A stretch of 64,000 nt of DNA from a virus (lineage: Duplodnaviria; Caudoviricetes), in the IMG/VR virus record IMGVR_UViG_2565956830_000005, positions 1-64,000 of that record. The stretch is one strand, 5' to 3'. The translations under genes were made by a program, and so were the position numbers. Under the pieces are notes generated by a model. That model saw only the letters and a list, made by a program, of their open reading frames with translations. It was not told the origin of the DNA and ran no database searches. Positions 46,537-54,697 of this stretch are shown here, piece by piece; position 1 is the stretch's first letter; each line of letters starts with the position of its first letter.

Positions 46537-47321
46537 AGGCCACCGTCCTGGACCTCGTCGACGTCGCCACGCTCGTCCGCAACATCGGCGTCCCGCGCCT
46601 CGCCCATCTGCAGGACGTACTCGTCGGACGCACCGTGCCCATACCGGGCGTCGAGGTCGTCGGCCTCCAGGCAGATCGGGTGTCGGGCCTCAGTGGGTTC
46701 ATCCCACGGGGCAGTCAGCTCGATGCCGAAGATGGTCCGCAACTCGTCCTGCGACACCAGGTCCTGCGAGATGAGAGCCGGGGTACGGCCACGCTCCCAT
46801 CGCTGCCCGGACCGGAGCCGGACAACGAGCGCCGCGCGCTGCCCCTCCGACTCGGCGACCCGAGCTCGCGCCTCGCGCGCCTTCTCACACATCGCCATGC
46901 CCCGCTGGACCGCCTGCTTGTGCAGGCCGTCCAGCTCGGTAACCCGGTTGATGAGCCACTCCACAGCAGGAGTCAGCGTTTCCCCCAACTCCATGGGGAC
47001 CTTGCTCGCCTCCCCGTTCGGCGAGAGCGCGCCGCGCATGTTCAGCGCATCGTTCTGAAGGGCTACGAGACGGGCATGGCGCCGATCGCGCTGCGCCTCC
47101 AGGCGGCGGATCTCCGCCACCAGCGCGGGCACGTCGTCCCCCGCCAGCCGGTTCCACTCGTCAGCAGTGGCGTCGCCGCCGAACTCGTACAGATGGGCCC
47201 CACGCTCCTCAGCCTCCGCGAGACGCCCTGCCGACAGCGCCTGCGGCTCCTGGCCCACGGGCATCGGCAGCGCACCCAACGCGAGCACTGCGGCCTCAGT
47301 GGTCTTGAGTGGTTCGGTCAC
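46533..47321 (-). CDS. coiled-coil hypothetical protein
   Basis: 'DVPALVAEIRRL' motif common in actinophage proteins. Confidence 0.55.
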   Translation of the reverse strand: MTEPLKTTEAAVLALGALPMPVGQEPQALSAGRLAEAEERGAHLYEFGGDATADEWNRLAGDDVPALVAEIRRLEAQRDRRHARLVALQNDALNMRGALSPNGEASKVPMELGETLTPAVEWLINRVTELDGLHKQAVQRGMAMCEKAREARARVAESEGQRAALVVRLRSGQRWERGRTPALISQDLVSQDELRTIFGIELTAPWDEPTEARHPICLEADDLDARYGHGASDEYVLQMGEARDADVADERGDVDEVQDGGL

Positions 47322-47902
47322 AGTCCACCGTCCAGTTCGGCACGGTGGTCGGCTGCGGCGAGTTCGTCACCGGCGCGGGCGAGCGCGTTGGAGACGCACA
47401 TCGGGGTGCAGTACCAGCTCGGTTGGTCCCCGGTGCCGGCGACTTCCAGGCGCGCCCACGCGAAGAGGGCCGGGTCGCTGGCGTCGCAGTCATCGGTGGT
47501 GCCGCACCCCGGGGTGGAGCACTTCGCGTACGGGTCGCGGAGCTCCATGTCCAGGAGGGAGGCGAGCTTGATCCGCTGTTCGCCCTTGACGACCAGGTCG
47601 ACGGTGACGCCCTGGAAGGCGTGGCTGCAGTCGATGACGGCTTTCTGGGTGAGGTCGCTGCCGTCCGGGTACGACACGCTCCCGGCCCAGTCCAGGGTGA
47701 TCGTGAGCGGGTCGGAGTCCAGCGCCCATTCGCGCAGGAGATCAACGGCGTTGCCGCGGCCCGGGTCGCACTCGTAGTCCTGGGGCAGCGCGGTGATCTT
47801 GTCGGCGGCGTGGGTGAGGATGCCGAACCTGACCGCGGCTGCGATCGTCCGCCGCATCTCCTGCTGAGGTTCGGTGAGTTCGGTGTCGGGTGTGTGGTTC
47901 AC
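47318..47902 (-). CDS. hypothetical protein with Cys motifs
   Basis: CSTPGC, YCTPMC. Confidence 0.55.
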   Translation of the reverse strand: MNHTPDTELTEPQQEMRRTIAAAVRFGILTHAADKITALPQDYECDPGRGNAVDLLREWALDSDPLTITLDWAGSVSYPDGSDLTQKAVIDCSHAFQGVTVDLVVKGEQRIKLASLLDMELRDPYAKCSTPGCGTTDDCDASDPALFAWARLEVAGTGDQPSWYCTPMCVSNALARAGDELAAADHRAELDGGL

Positions 47903-47926
47903 AGGCGTGGTGCTCCCTGGTGAGGG

Positions 47927-48283
47927 TCAGATGTGGTCGCCGACGCGGGTACGGCTCCACCGGGTGTGGGTCACGCACAGGGGCCGGCCACTGGACAGCC
48001 GCAGCTCCCAGCAGGCGGCGGCGTGGTGCGAGACGTGGCGGGTGCCGGCGCGGACGTCGCGGCACGTCGTGGTGGTGCGGGTCTTCTTGCCGCTGCGCCG
48101 GGTCTTCGTCTTGCACACGTGCCGGTAGCGGGTCTGCGTCGTCCAGGTCGTGCGCGCCGCCTGGTAGGTCTTGGCAACGACTTGGCCGTGCACGGGGCGG
48201 CTCACCGTGGTGGTGCCGCAGGCGGTGAGCGCGAGGGCGACGGCGGTGAGGACTGCGCCGAGCGCGGCGAGGGTGCGGCTCAT
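47927..48283 (-). CDS. basic lipoprotein
   Basis: MSRTLAALGAVLTAVALA-LTAC lipobox; four further Cys; R/K/T-rich. Confidence 0.7.
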   Translation of the reverse strand: MSRTLAALGAVLTAVALALTACGTTTVSRPVHGQVVAKTYQAARTTWTTQTRYRHVCKTKTRRSGKKTRTTTTCRDVRAGTRHVSHHAAACWELRLSSGRPLCVTHTRWSRTRVGDHI

Positions 48284-48858
48284 GCCGAGTACTGCTTCGC
48301 GAGCTGGAGGAGCTGGTCGCGGCTGCCGGCGTTGTCGAGTTCGTTGACGGCGGTGATCGCCCAGTCGCTGCCGGTGCGCTGCGCGCGGGCCATGACGCAC
48401 GCGTTGTTGTGGGAGTCGATGTCCGGCATGTATTCGCCGAGCTTCCGGCCGCCCGGGGCGCCGTCGTAGACGTTGAGGGTGATGCCCTCGATGTTGGCGA
48501 AGCTGACGCCGGGCTTGAAGGCGGAGACGATGAAGACGAGGGTGTTGATGCTGGCGGGGAGGTCGGTCAGGCGGGCGATGATGGTCTCGTCGTCTCCGGT
48601 GGCCTTCCCGGTGCGGTTGTCGCCGAGGGTGACCAGGGAGCCGTTGTCGAAGGCGTCCTCGTTGTCGAACCAGCACAGCCGCTTCGGGCGCCCGTCCTCC
48701 AGGGCGACGGCGACCAGGTCGAGGTCGGTACCGACCGCACGGCGCAGGCGCCCCATGAGGCCCTTCTGTCCTCCGCCGGACGTCTTCCACGCGACTCCGA
48801 CCCTCAGGACGGTGACGCCGGTGAGGCCTTCGGTCTGGTTCTTCAGCAGGCTGAGCAC
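48280..48858 (-). CDS. TerD-family stress protein
   Basis: 'RVGVAW...TDLDL...LGDNRTGKATGDDETI..LTDLP..I..LVFIVS' TerD signature. Confidence 0.88.
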   Translation of the reverse strand: MLSLLKNQTEGLTGVTVLRVGVAWKTSGGGQKGLMGRLRRAVGTDLDLVAVALEDGRPKRLCWFDNEDAFDNGSLVTLGDNRTGKATGDDETIIARLTDLPASINTLVFIVSAFKPGVSFANIEGITLNVYDGAPGGRKLGEYMPDIDSHNNACVMARAQRTGSDWAITAVNELDNAGSRDQLLQLAKQYSA

Positions 48859-48923
48859 GTTGTTCTCCGAACGGTTGGTGAGTACGGCGCTGGGTGCGCC
48901 TGGTGGAGGGGGCGGGGTGGGGG

Positions 48924-50297
48924 TCAGCGGCGTAGGACGGCGAGTTGGAGCGTGTCCTCGGTCCGGGGGTCGAGCAGCTGCGCGGTGGGCAGCGCAGCCG
49001 TGGCGTCGGACTCGGGCACTGGTACGGGCTCCAGGCGCGCCGTGTCGGCGGTGTGCTCGCCACGGGCGGTGCCGGTCCCGGTGGCGCGGCGGGTGCCGGT
49101 GCCGCGGAGGCGGATGCGGATCATGGACAGCGGGATCACGACGAAGGCCGTGGCGCCTCCAGCCCACAGGAGCGGGTTGCCGAGGAGGCCGCCCGCGAGG
49201 CTGACGAGGGTTCCCGCGGCCGCGCCGACGAGCGCCAGGCCCCGGCGGCGTTCCCGCGTCATGGGGCTGATGACGGTCTTGCGCCCGCTGCGGCCGGTCC
49301 ACGCCGTGTAGTGGCGTCCCAGCAGCCACTCGCGGAGCATCGACCGCGTGTACAGGTACTTGTTGTAGAAGTTCAGCAGCGTGTACGGCACGAAGCCGAG
49401 CGCGGCTTTCTTCCAGCCGACGACGCGGGAGACCAGGTACATGGTCAGCGCGGTGTGGCCGGCGAACCAGTAGCCCATGTACCGGAACATCGACAGGTGC
49501 TGCCAGGTCGCCAGGTTGTAGACCACGACGACGGCCCACCACCACAACGTGACCAGGTCGAACATCGCGGTACCGACAGTGAGGAGGGAGCGCCAGTTGA
49601 ACATCAGGCGCCGGTAGCGGGCGACGTTCTGGAAGTAGCCGGCCGCCCACCGGGGCATCTGCGCCGTGTACTCGGCCCAGGTCTCCGGGTCGATCGTGAG
49701 CGTCAGGGCATCCGCGGTGTACCAGGCCTTGTAGCCGCCTTCGTGGAGCTTCCAGGTGATGTCCATGTCGGCGCTGATGAGCCCGTTGGGAAACCCGCCG
49801 ACCGCACGGACGACGTCCGTGCGGAAGGCGTACGAGGCGCCGGTGAGGACCTGGAGGCGGCCGACCTGGCGCTGGCACAGCCGCCACCACTGGCTGCCGA
49901 GGCTGTACGCGAACCGCCGCGCTTCGATGAAGAAGCCGGTGTCCTGCATGGGAAGGATCGACGAGCAGGTGGCGTCGTAGCCGCGCTCGATGTCGGCGAC
50001 CATCAGCGGGATGCAGTCGGGCTCCGGCTTCGAATCGCCGTCGAACCCCACGATCACATCCGCCGTGATGTACGGCAGCGCATGGTTCTGGTTCGCCGCC
50101 TTGTCCGCGAACCTCGTCTCCAAAACCAGCGACGCACCCGCCTCACGGGCAACCTGCGCGGTGCGGTCCGTGCAGGAGTCCGCGACCACGATCAGCTGGG
50201 CGACTGGGTAGGGCTGGTCCAGGCATGCCCGGACCAGCTCCCCGATCGTCGCCTCTTCCTGGTGGGCGGGAATGAGGACGGCGATCGTCAGACTCAG
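48924..50297 (-). CDS. processive GT2 membrane glycosyltransferase (polysaccharide synthase-like)
   Basis: 'VLIPAHQE', DSCTD, DGD, 'SADMDIT', QMPRW (QxxRW) and C-terminal TM helices; probable CTG start overlapping the upstream TGA (ORF open to 50441). Confidence 0.85.
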   Translation of the reverse strand: MSLTIAVLIPAHQEEATIGELVRACLDQPYPVAQLIVVADSCTDRTAQVAREAGASLVLETRFADKAANQNHALPYITADVIVGFDGDSKPEPDCIPLMVADIERGYDATCSSILPMQDTGFFIEARRFAYSLGSQWWRLCQRQVGRLQVLTGASYAFRTDVVRAVGGFPNGLISADMDITWKLHEGGYKAWYTADALTLTIDPETWAEYTAQMPRWAAGYFQNVARYRRLMFNWRSLLTVGTAMFDLVTLWWWAVVVVYNLATWQHLSMFRYMGYWFAGHTALTMYLVSRVVGWKKAALGFVPYTLLNFYNKYLYTRSMLREWLLGRHYTAWTGRSGRKTVISPMTRERRRGLALVGAAAGTLVSLAGGLLGNPLLWAGGATAFVVIPLSMIRIRLRGTGTRRATGTGTARGEHTADTARLEPVPVPESDATAALPTAQLLDPRTEDTLQLAVLRR

Positions 50298-50410
50298 CCC
50301 CGGCCTCTCCTTCCGAGGAAGCGCAGGGCGCTCCCGGTGGCCCCCATCGCCAGGGACACCCCGGTCAGGAGCATCGCTCCGAACCCGGTGTGAGCCAGTC
50401 CGTTGTACAT
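50294..50410 (-). CDS. 38-aa LAXTG sortase-signal peptide (not in the ORF track)
   Basis: AGGAGG RBS; MYNG-LAHTG-FGAMLLTGVSLAMGATGSALRFL-GRRGRG. Confidence 0.75.
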   Translation of the reverse strand: MYNGLAHTGFGAMLLTGVSLAMGATGSALRFLGRRGRG

Positions 50411-50437
50411 GTGAGTTCCTCCTATGAGTCACGGCCG

Positions 50438-51700
50438 TCACAGCCGCTCGATGTGCGAGGCGACAGGCATGACGCCCCGCGTGTCCAGCACGAAGTTCGC
50501 CTGGTCGGCGACGCGCTGGAGGTCAAAGGCCGAGTGCGCGGTGAGCAGCACGACCGCGTCGAAGTGCCCGCAGTTCAAACCGCTGGCGACGGCGAGCGGG
50601 ATCTCGCAGAGAACGTCGAGGTCTTCCTTGGGGAAGAACGGGTCAACGGCGACGACGTAGGCGCCCGCCTCCCGCAGGAGCTCGACGACCTCGGCAGCCG
50701 GCGACTGCCGCATGTCAGCGGTGTCCGCCTTGTACGCCTGCCCCAGGGCGAGGATCCGCGCCCCCTTCAACGCCTGCCCGCGCACGTTCAACGCGTCCTG
50801 GAGGCGCCGGGCCACGTACTCGGGCTGCGACTCGTTGATGTCCTGCGCAAGCTCGACAAGGCGAAACGGCTGCCCGTGCGCAGTGCGCAGGTGGTGCGCC
50901 AGGTAGACCGGGTCGACCGGCAGGCAGTGCCCACCTACCCCCGGGCCGGGCACGAACTGCATGAACCCGAACGGCTTCGTGCCAGCGAGCCCGAGAGTGC
51001 GCCAGACGTCCACACCCAACGTGTGCGCCATGCGCGACAGTTCGTTGACGAGGGCGATGTTGACGTGCCGGAAGGTGTTCTCGAAAACCTTCGCCAGCTC
51101 CGCCTCCTCCAGCGACCCGGCGACGACGATGTTCTGCGTGATCCCGGTGTAGAACTTGTCGACCTGGTCCAGGCAGCCAGCGGTGAGCCCGGAGACGATC
51201 TTCGGGGTGTTCGTGAACCGCCACTCCTCGTTGCCCGGGTCGATGCGCTCCGGGCTGAACCCGACGTGGAAGTCCTCCCCGGCCTTCCAGCCGGTGGCCT
51301 CCTCCAGGATCGGGACCAGAACGTCGCGGGTCGTACCCGGGTGGGTGGTCGATTCCAGGATCACGGTGGCGTCGGCCTTGAGACGCGCGCCGAGAACCTC
51401 GGCGGCCTCCCGGACGTAACTCAGGTCGGGCTGCCGATCCTTGAGCGGCGTCGGCACCGCGATGACCGCGACGTCGAAGTCCTCGATCCGGGTCTCACTG
51501 CGCGTCGGCTGGTACCGCCCCGACTCCAGAGCAGCCGCGAGAGTGTCGTCGGAGACGTCCTCGACGTACGAGGACCCGAAGTGCAGCCGCTCATACCGGT
51601 GTTGGTCCGGCTCGAAGCCGACAACCTGATGGCCGGCCTCAACGGCAGCCATGGCCAGGGGAAGGCCGACATAGCCCTGCCCCATGACAACGAGTTTCAC
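50438..51700 (-). CDS. UDP-N-acetylhexosamine 6-dehydrogenase (nucleotide sugar dehydrogenase)
   Basis: GQGYVG Rossmann motif, 'VPTP', 'LESTTHPGTT', 'SPERIDPG', 'GPGVGGHCLPVDP', 'YKADTADMRQSP'. Confidence 0.93.
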   Translation of the reverse strand: MKLVVMGQGYVGLPLAMAAVEAGHQVVGFEPDQHRYERLHFGSSYVEDVSDDTLAAALESGRYQPTRSETRIEDFDVAVIAVPTPLKDRQPDLSYVREAAEVLGARLKADATVILESTTHPGTTRDVLVPILEEATGWKAGEDFHVGFSPERIDPGNEEWRFTNTPKIVSGLTAGCLDQVDKFYTGITQNIVVAGSLEEAELAKVFENTFRHVNIALVNELSRMAHTLGVDVWRTLGLAGTKPFGFMQFVPGPGVGGHCLPVDPVYLAHHLRTAHGQPFRLVELAQDINESQPEYVARRLQDALNVRGQALKGARILALGQAYKADTADMRQSPAAEVVELLREAGAYVVAVDPFFPKEDLDVLCEIPLAVASGLNCGHFDAVVLLTAHSAFDLQRVADQANFVLDTRGVMPVASHIERL

Positions 51701-51796
51701 GTGAAGGATTCCCTTCCAGGGACGTGCATTCAGAAGTGGCTTGGAGCCGGGCCCGCGGCTGGGGGAGGCACACGGGCCCGGCGTATTTGGGGGCGG

Positions 51797-51979
51797 CTAC
51801 CAGGGCCAGCGCGGCTTCTTGCCGCCACCACCCCTGAGCTCCGCGCGGTGCCGGGCACGGCGGTCGGCTGCCTCACGGGCCTCGCGCTGTTGCTTGCGGG
51901 CGGCCTTGTCCCGGTCCGCAATGCCCGGATTCGACGCGTACGGGTTGGCGGCCTTCAACCGCCGCTCAAGCCAGCCCAT
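51797..51979 (-). CDS. small basic protein
   Basis: 60 aa, TGATG coupling. Confidence 0.45.
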   Translation of the reverse strand: MGWLERRLKAANPYASNPGIADRDKAARKQQREAREAADRRARHRAELRGGGGKKPRWPW

Positions 51980-52362
51980 CAAGCGGCCGCACGCATCAAC
52001 GGCAACTGCTCACGGGAGCCGAACTTCGCCAGGCCCTCATACCAGTCGGTGAACACCTCGACCGGGCCCACACCGTCCACCAGAACCGTGACGGTGATCT
52101 CCTCCTCCACCACCACACTGCTGTCGCAGTAGGTCCGCTGGACGGGGCGGATGGTCACCGTGCCGCCGAGCCGCTCGTACAGGCTGTTCAGCTCAAGCTG
52201 CGACCAGACGGACACACGGGTGAGGGACTCACCCAACTCAGGAACGGGCTTCCAATGGCCGGCGAACCCGAGGGCCGTCCGGACCTTGGCGAGCAGCTGC
52301 TCGTCCGGGACTGCGGGCGGTGGGAGTTCGACGAGGTTGAGAGGGTCGGTAGTCTCGGGCAT
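51979..52362 (-). CDS. hypothetical protein, first gene of the leftward operon
   Basis: GAAAGGG RBS, MPETTDPL... Confidence 0.55.
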   Translation of the reverse strand: MPETTDPLNLVELPPPAVPDEQLLAKVRTALGFAGHWKPVPELGESLTRVSVWSQLELNSLYERLGGTVTIRPVQRTYCDSSVVVEEEITVTVLVDGVGPVEVFTDWYEGLAKFGSREQLPLMRAAA

Positions 52363-52393
52363 TGCCTGCCCTTTCGTCGCAGTCAGGGTGGGT

Positions 52394-52439
52394 GCCCTCG
52401 TCCCATACGGCGTTCCAGCGCCGGGACGAGGGCCTTTTT
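52394..52439 (+). terminator. stem-loop with T tract
   Basis: GCCCTCGTCCC...GGGACGAGGGC-CTTTTT. Confidence 0.5.
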
Positions 52440-52451
52440 GCAGAGCAGCCA

Positions 52452-52508
52452 GCGGGCTACTTGCGGCTGACTGTATGGGACCCATACAGTCAGCCGCAAG
52501 TAGCCCGC
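52452..52508. promoter_or_regulatory. perfect 57-bp palindrome: divergent promoter/operator
   Basis: 28-bp arms GCGGGCTACTTGCGGCTGACTGTATGGG / CCCATACAGTCAGCCGCAAGTAGCCCGC around one A; lies between divergent genes. Confidence 0.8.
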
Positions 52509-52528
52509 CTGAATTGGAAGGCGCGGGC

Positions 52529-52879
52529 GTGACTCACGAAGACGAGGTGCTGCGGGTGTCAGAAGCCCTCAACGCTGTGGAGCGCATCCCTGACCCCGAG
52601 GAGCGCGTCAAGGCGATGAGCCAGGTCATGGCCGACCAGGTGAAACGCAACGGGGATTGGGCCAAGCAGCGACGCGAGATGGTCCAGAAACTCAAGGGCG
52701 AAGGGCTTTCGATCCGGAAGATCGCGGCCCGGGTCGGTACGTCACCCAGCACGGTGCAGAGCATCCTGAGCGGCTTCACCGACTCGGGCAAGCACCGGCC
52801 GCCGACGAAGCCGGACGATCCTGCACCCCCAGCCGACGCAGCCCAAGGAACAGACAATGGCGCCGGCCCAGGCACCTGA
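52529..52879 (+). CDS. HTH transcriptional regulator
   Basis: 'RREMVQKLKGEGLSIRKIAARVGTSPSTVQSIL'. Confidence 0.78.
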   Translation: MTHEDEVLRVSEALNAVERIPDPEERVKAMSQVMADQVKRNGDWAKQRREMVQKLKGEGLSIRKIAARVGTSPSTVQSILSGFTDSGKHRPPTKPDDPAPPADAAQGTDNGAGPGT

Positions 52880-53381
52880 CCCATCGCCGAATACACCAGC
52901 GCGGGGCGCCGCGGTATACCGGCTGCGCGGCGACGCCGGCGAGCTGCTCTACATCGGCTCGGCATACGACCCGGAGCAGCGCTGCAGGGCGCACGAGGCC
53001 GAACCCTGGTGGCCACAGGTCGCGGCACGTGACGACGAGTGGCACCCAACGCGTGGGCACGCCTACCACGCCGAGATGGTGGCGATCGGCACTGATGGGC
53101 CGGAGTTCAACGTCATGGGGACGCCGGCATACCGAGAGGAGTGCAGCAGACGGGCACACGAAGATCCGGCCCATCGCGCACGAATCAGGGCCGGGTCCGC
53201 GGCGGCAAACGGTGCGCCGCGAGAGATCGTGCAAGCCATCTTGCGCGGAGACCTGAAGTCGTACGGAAGGCGCAGCGGCCCCGTGCACTTCGACTCACCG
53301 CAGGAACGGGAGCACTTCGCGATGGCGCGCCGACCAGCGCGGCCCGAGTCTGAAGGAGCGGTTAGTGAGAGGCGTGGATGA
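52857..53381 (+). CDS. GIY-YIG domain protein
   Basis: 'AVYRLRGDAGELLYIGSAYDPEQR..AH...WW...E...I...PEFN'. Confidence 0.75.
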   Translation: MAPAQAPDPSPNTPARGAAVYRLRGDAGELLYIGSAYDPEQRCRAHEAEPWWPQVAARDDEWHPTRGHAYHAEMVAIGTDGPEFNVMGTPAYREECSRRAHEDPAHRARIRAGSAAANGAPREIVQAILRGDLKSYGRRSGPVHFDSPQEREHFAMARRPARPESEGAVSERRG

Positions 53382-53736
53382 TCTCGCGCATGGGGTGTTG
53401 CCGCGGTGCTCGTTCTACGAGCGCACGCCCGTCGAGGGCGGATACCGCTACGAGAAGATCAGCATCAAGAGTCCGCGCGGCGACACGCATATGGTGACGG
53501 GCCACCCGCCACTTGTTGGAGACCTGATCTACCTGCGGGACATGGTCAAGGAGCGTGGCGGCCAGTTTCGTGTGATCGATCGGTCGTGGCTGCATTCCAG
53601 TTGGGGCTCGACCAGCTGGCCGTACGACCAGCCCGCCTCCTCAGTCGGGCCGCTGCTCGACATCGTGGTGGAGGCCACGGAAGGACCGTTCGTGAACGAA
53701 GTTCCGGGTGTGGAAGAGGAGTCGTCGGATGGATGA
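53365..53736 (+). CDS. hypothetical protein
   Basis: AAGGAG RBS, 123 aa. Confidence 0.5.
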   Translation: MRGVDDLAHGVLPRCSFYERTPVEGGYRYEKISIKSPRGDTHMVTGHPPLVGDLIYLRDMVKERGGQFRVIDRSWLHSSWGSTSWPYDQPASSVGPLLDIVVEATEGPFVNEVPGVEEESSDG

Positions 53737-54109
53737 GCTGGCGCGTTGGCTCGGTGAGCAGCTGGCCACAGACGATCGGATTGCCCGGGCTGCAACCGAG
53801 GGGCCGTGGTCAGTCGACAGCAAGTCGTATGCCGAGTCGATCAGTGCTCCGGACGGCACTCAGGTCGTGGCGGGTGGCCGATGGGGTGGGGAGGCGTCCG
53901 TCTTCGAGTCGACGGAGGATGCGCTGCACATCGCTGAGTGGGATCCGGCTCGGGTGCTGCGCGAGGTCGAGAGCAAGCGGGGCATGGTCGTTCGGATCGG
54001 CGCCAACGCCACGATCATGGGCTGGGATGAGGTGCACGGCGACCTGCTGCGCCTGCTCGCGGCTCCGTATGCGGATCGGCCTGGATACCAGGAGGCGTGG
54101 CGACCGTAG
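53729..54109 (+). CDS. DUF6221-like protein
   Basis: 'MDELARWL...HIAEWDPARVLREVESKR...LRLLAAPYADRPGYQEAWRP'. Confidence 0.8.
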   Translation: MDELARWLGEQLATDDRIARAATEGPWSVDSKSYAESISAPDGTQVVAGGRWGGEASVFESTEDALHIAEWDPARVLREVESKRGMVVRIGANATIMGWDEVHGDLLRLLAAPYADRPGYQEAWRP

Positions 54110-54121
54110 CCCGTACGACGA

Positions 54122-54150
54122 GTAGCCCCACCTCGGGCGAGGTGGGGCTC
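54122..54150 (+). terminator. stem-loop
   Basis: AGCCCCACCTCG..CGAGGTGGGGCT. Confidence 0.55.
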
Positions 54151-54296
54151 TGTCGTGTTCAGCGCCGTTTCCCGTGAGCCGAGCGCGGCGGTGACGAGCG
54201 GCGCCGGTGGGCGGGTTGTACGGGTGATGGGTTCTGGTGTGTCGGGTTCGGGTTGTGGGGTGTGGGTGTCGCGGTGGGTTGCCTCTCGCGCTACAT

Positions 54297-54312
54297 TCGA
54301 ACATGTGAGCGA
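54297..54312 (+). promoter_or_regulatory. putative LexA (SOS) box over a leaderless start
   Basis: TCGAAC-ATGT-GAGCGA resembles the actinobacterial TCGAAC-N4-GTTCGA; TACATT -10 at 54292. Confidence 0.55.
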
Positions 54313-54697
54313 ACCTTCTGTGCCGCGTGTGACTGTCACTCTCCCTGGCGGGCGTACCACTCCTGGGCGGCTGAATACCCGTCGGCGGGATGCTGATGGC
54401 CGGTGGTGGTACGAGGTGGTGATCGCGGTGCCTGCTGCGGCGGTGCAGCCCGTTGATGGCGAGGACTATGCCCAGGTCCCCACCGAGTGTGCTCCCGTGA
54501 AGGAGTGGGTCCTTCAGTCGTTCCCTTCCGGCCAGTCCGAGCGGCGTGCCGTGGTTCTCCATAGGGCCGGTTGCTGGGCTGCGAAGAGGAATCTTGAGGC
54601 CGTCGACAGCGATATGGCCGCGGTCTTCATCAAGGAGGGGTGGGCCACGGCTTGTGGGGGCTGTGAGCCGGAGCCCAAGAGGACTCGGCGCTCGTGA
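54305..54697 (+). CDS. DUF6233-like protein
   Basis: 'PVDGEDYAQVPT...VLHRAGCW...ACGGCEP'. Confidence 0.7.
   Translation: MSEPSVPRVTVTLPGGRTTPGRLNTRRRDADGRWWYEVVIAVPAAAVQPVDGEDYAQVPTECAPVKEWVLQSFPSGQSERRAVVLHRAGCWAAKRNLEAVDSDMAAVFIKEGWATACGGCEPEPKRTRRS

Noticed and set aside
52452-52508. Protelomerase telRL site as a firm call
   Set aside because: No protelomerase in the window, odd-centred symmetry, and the promoter/operator reading explains its position
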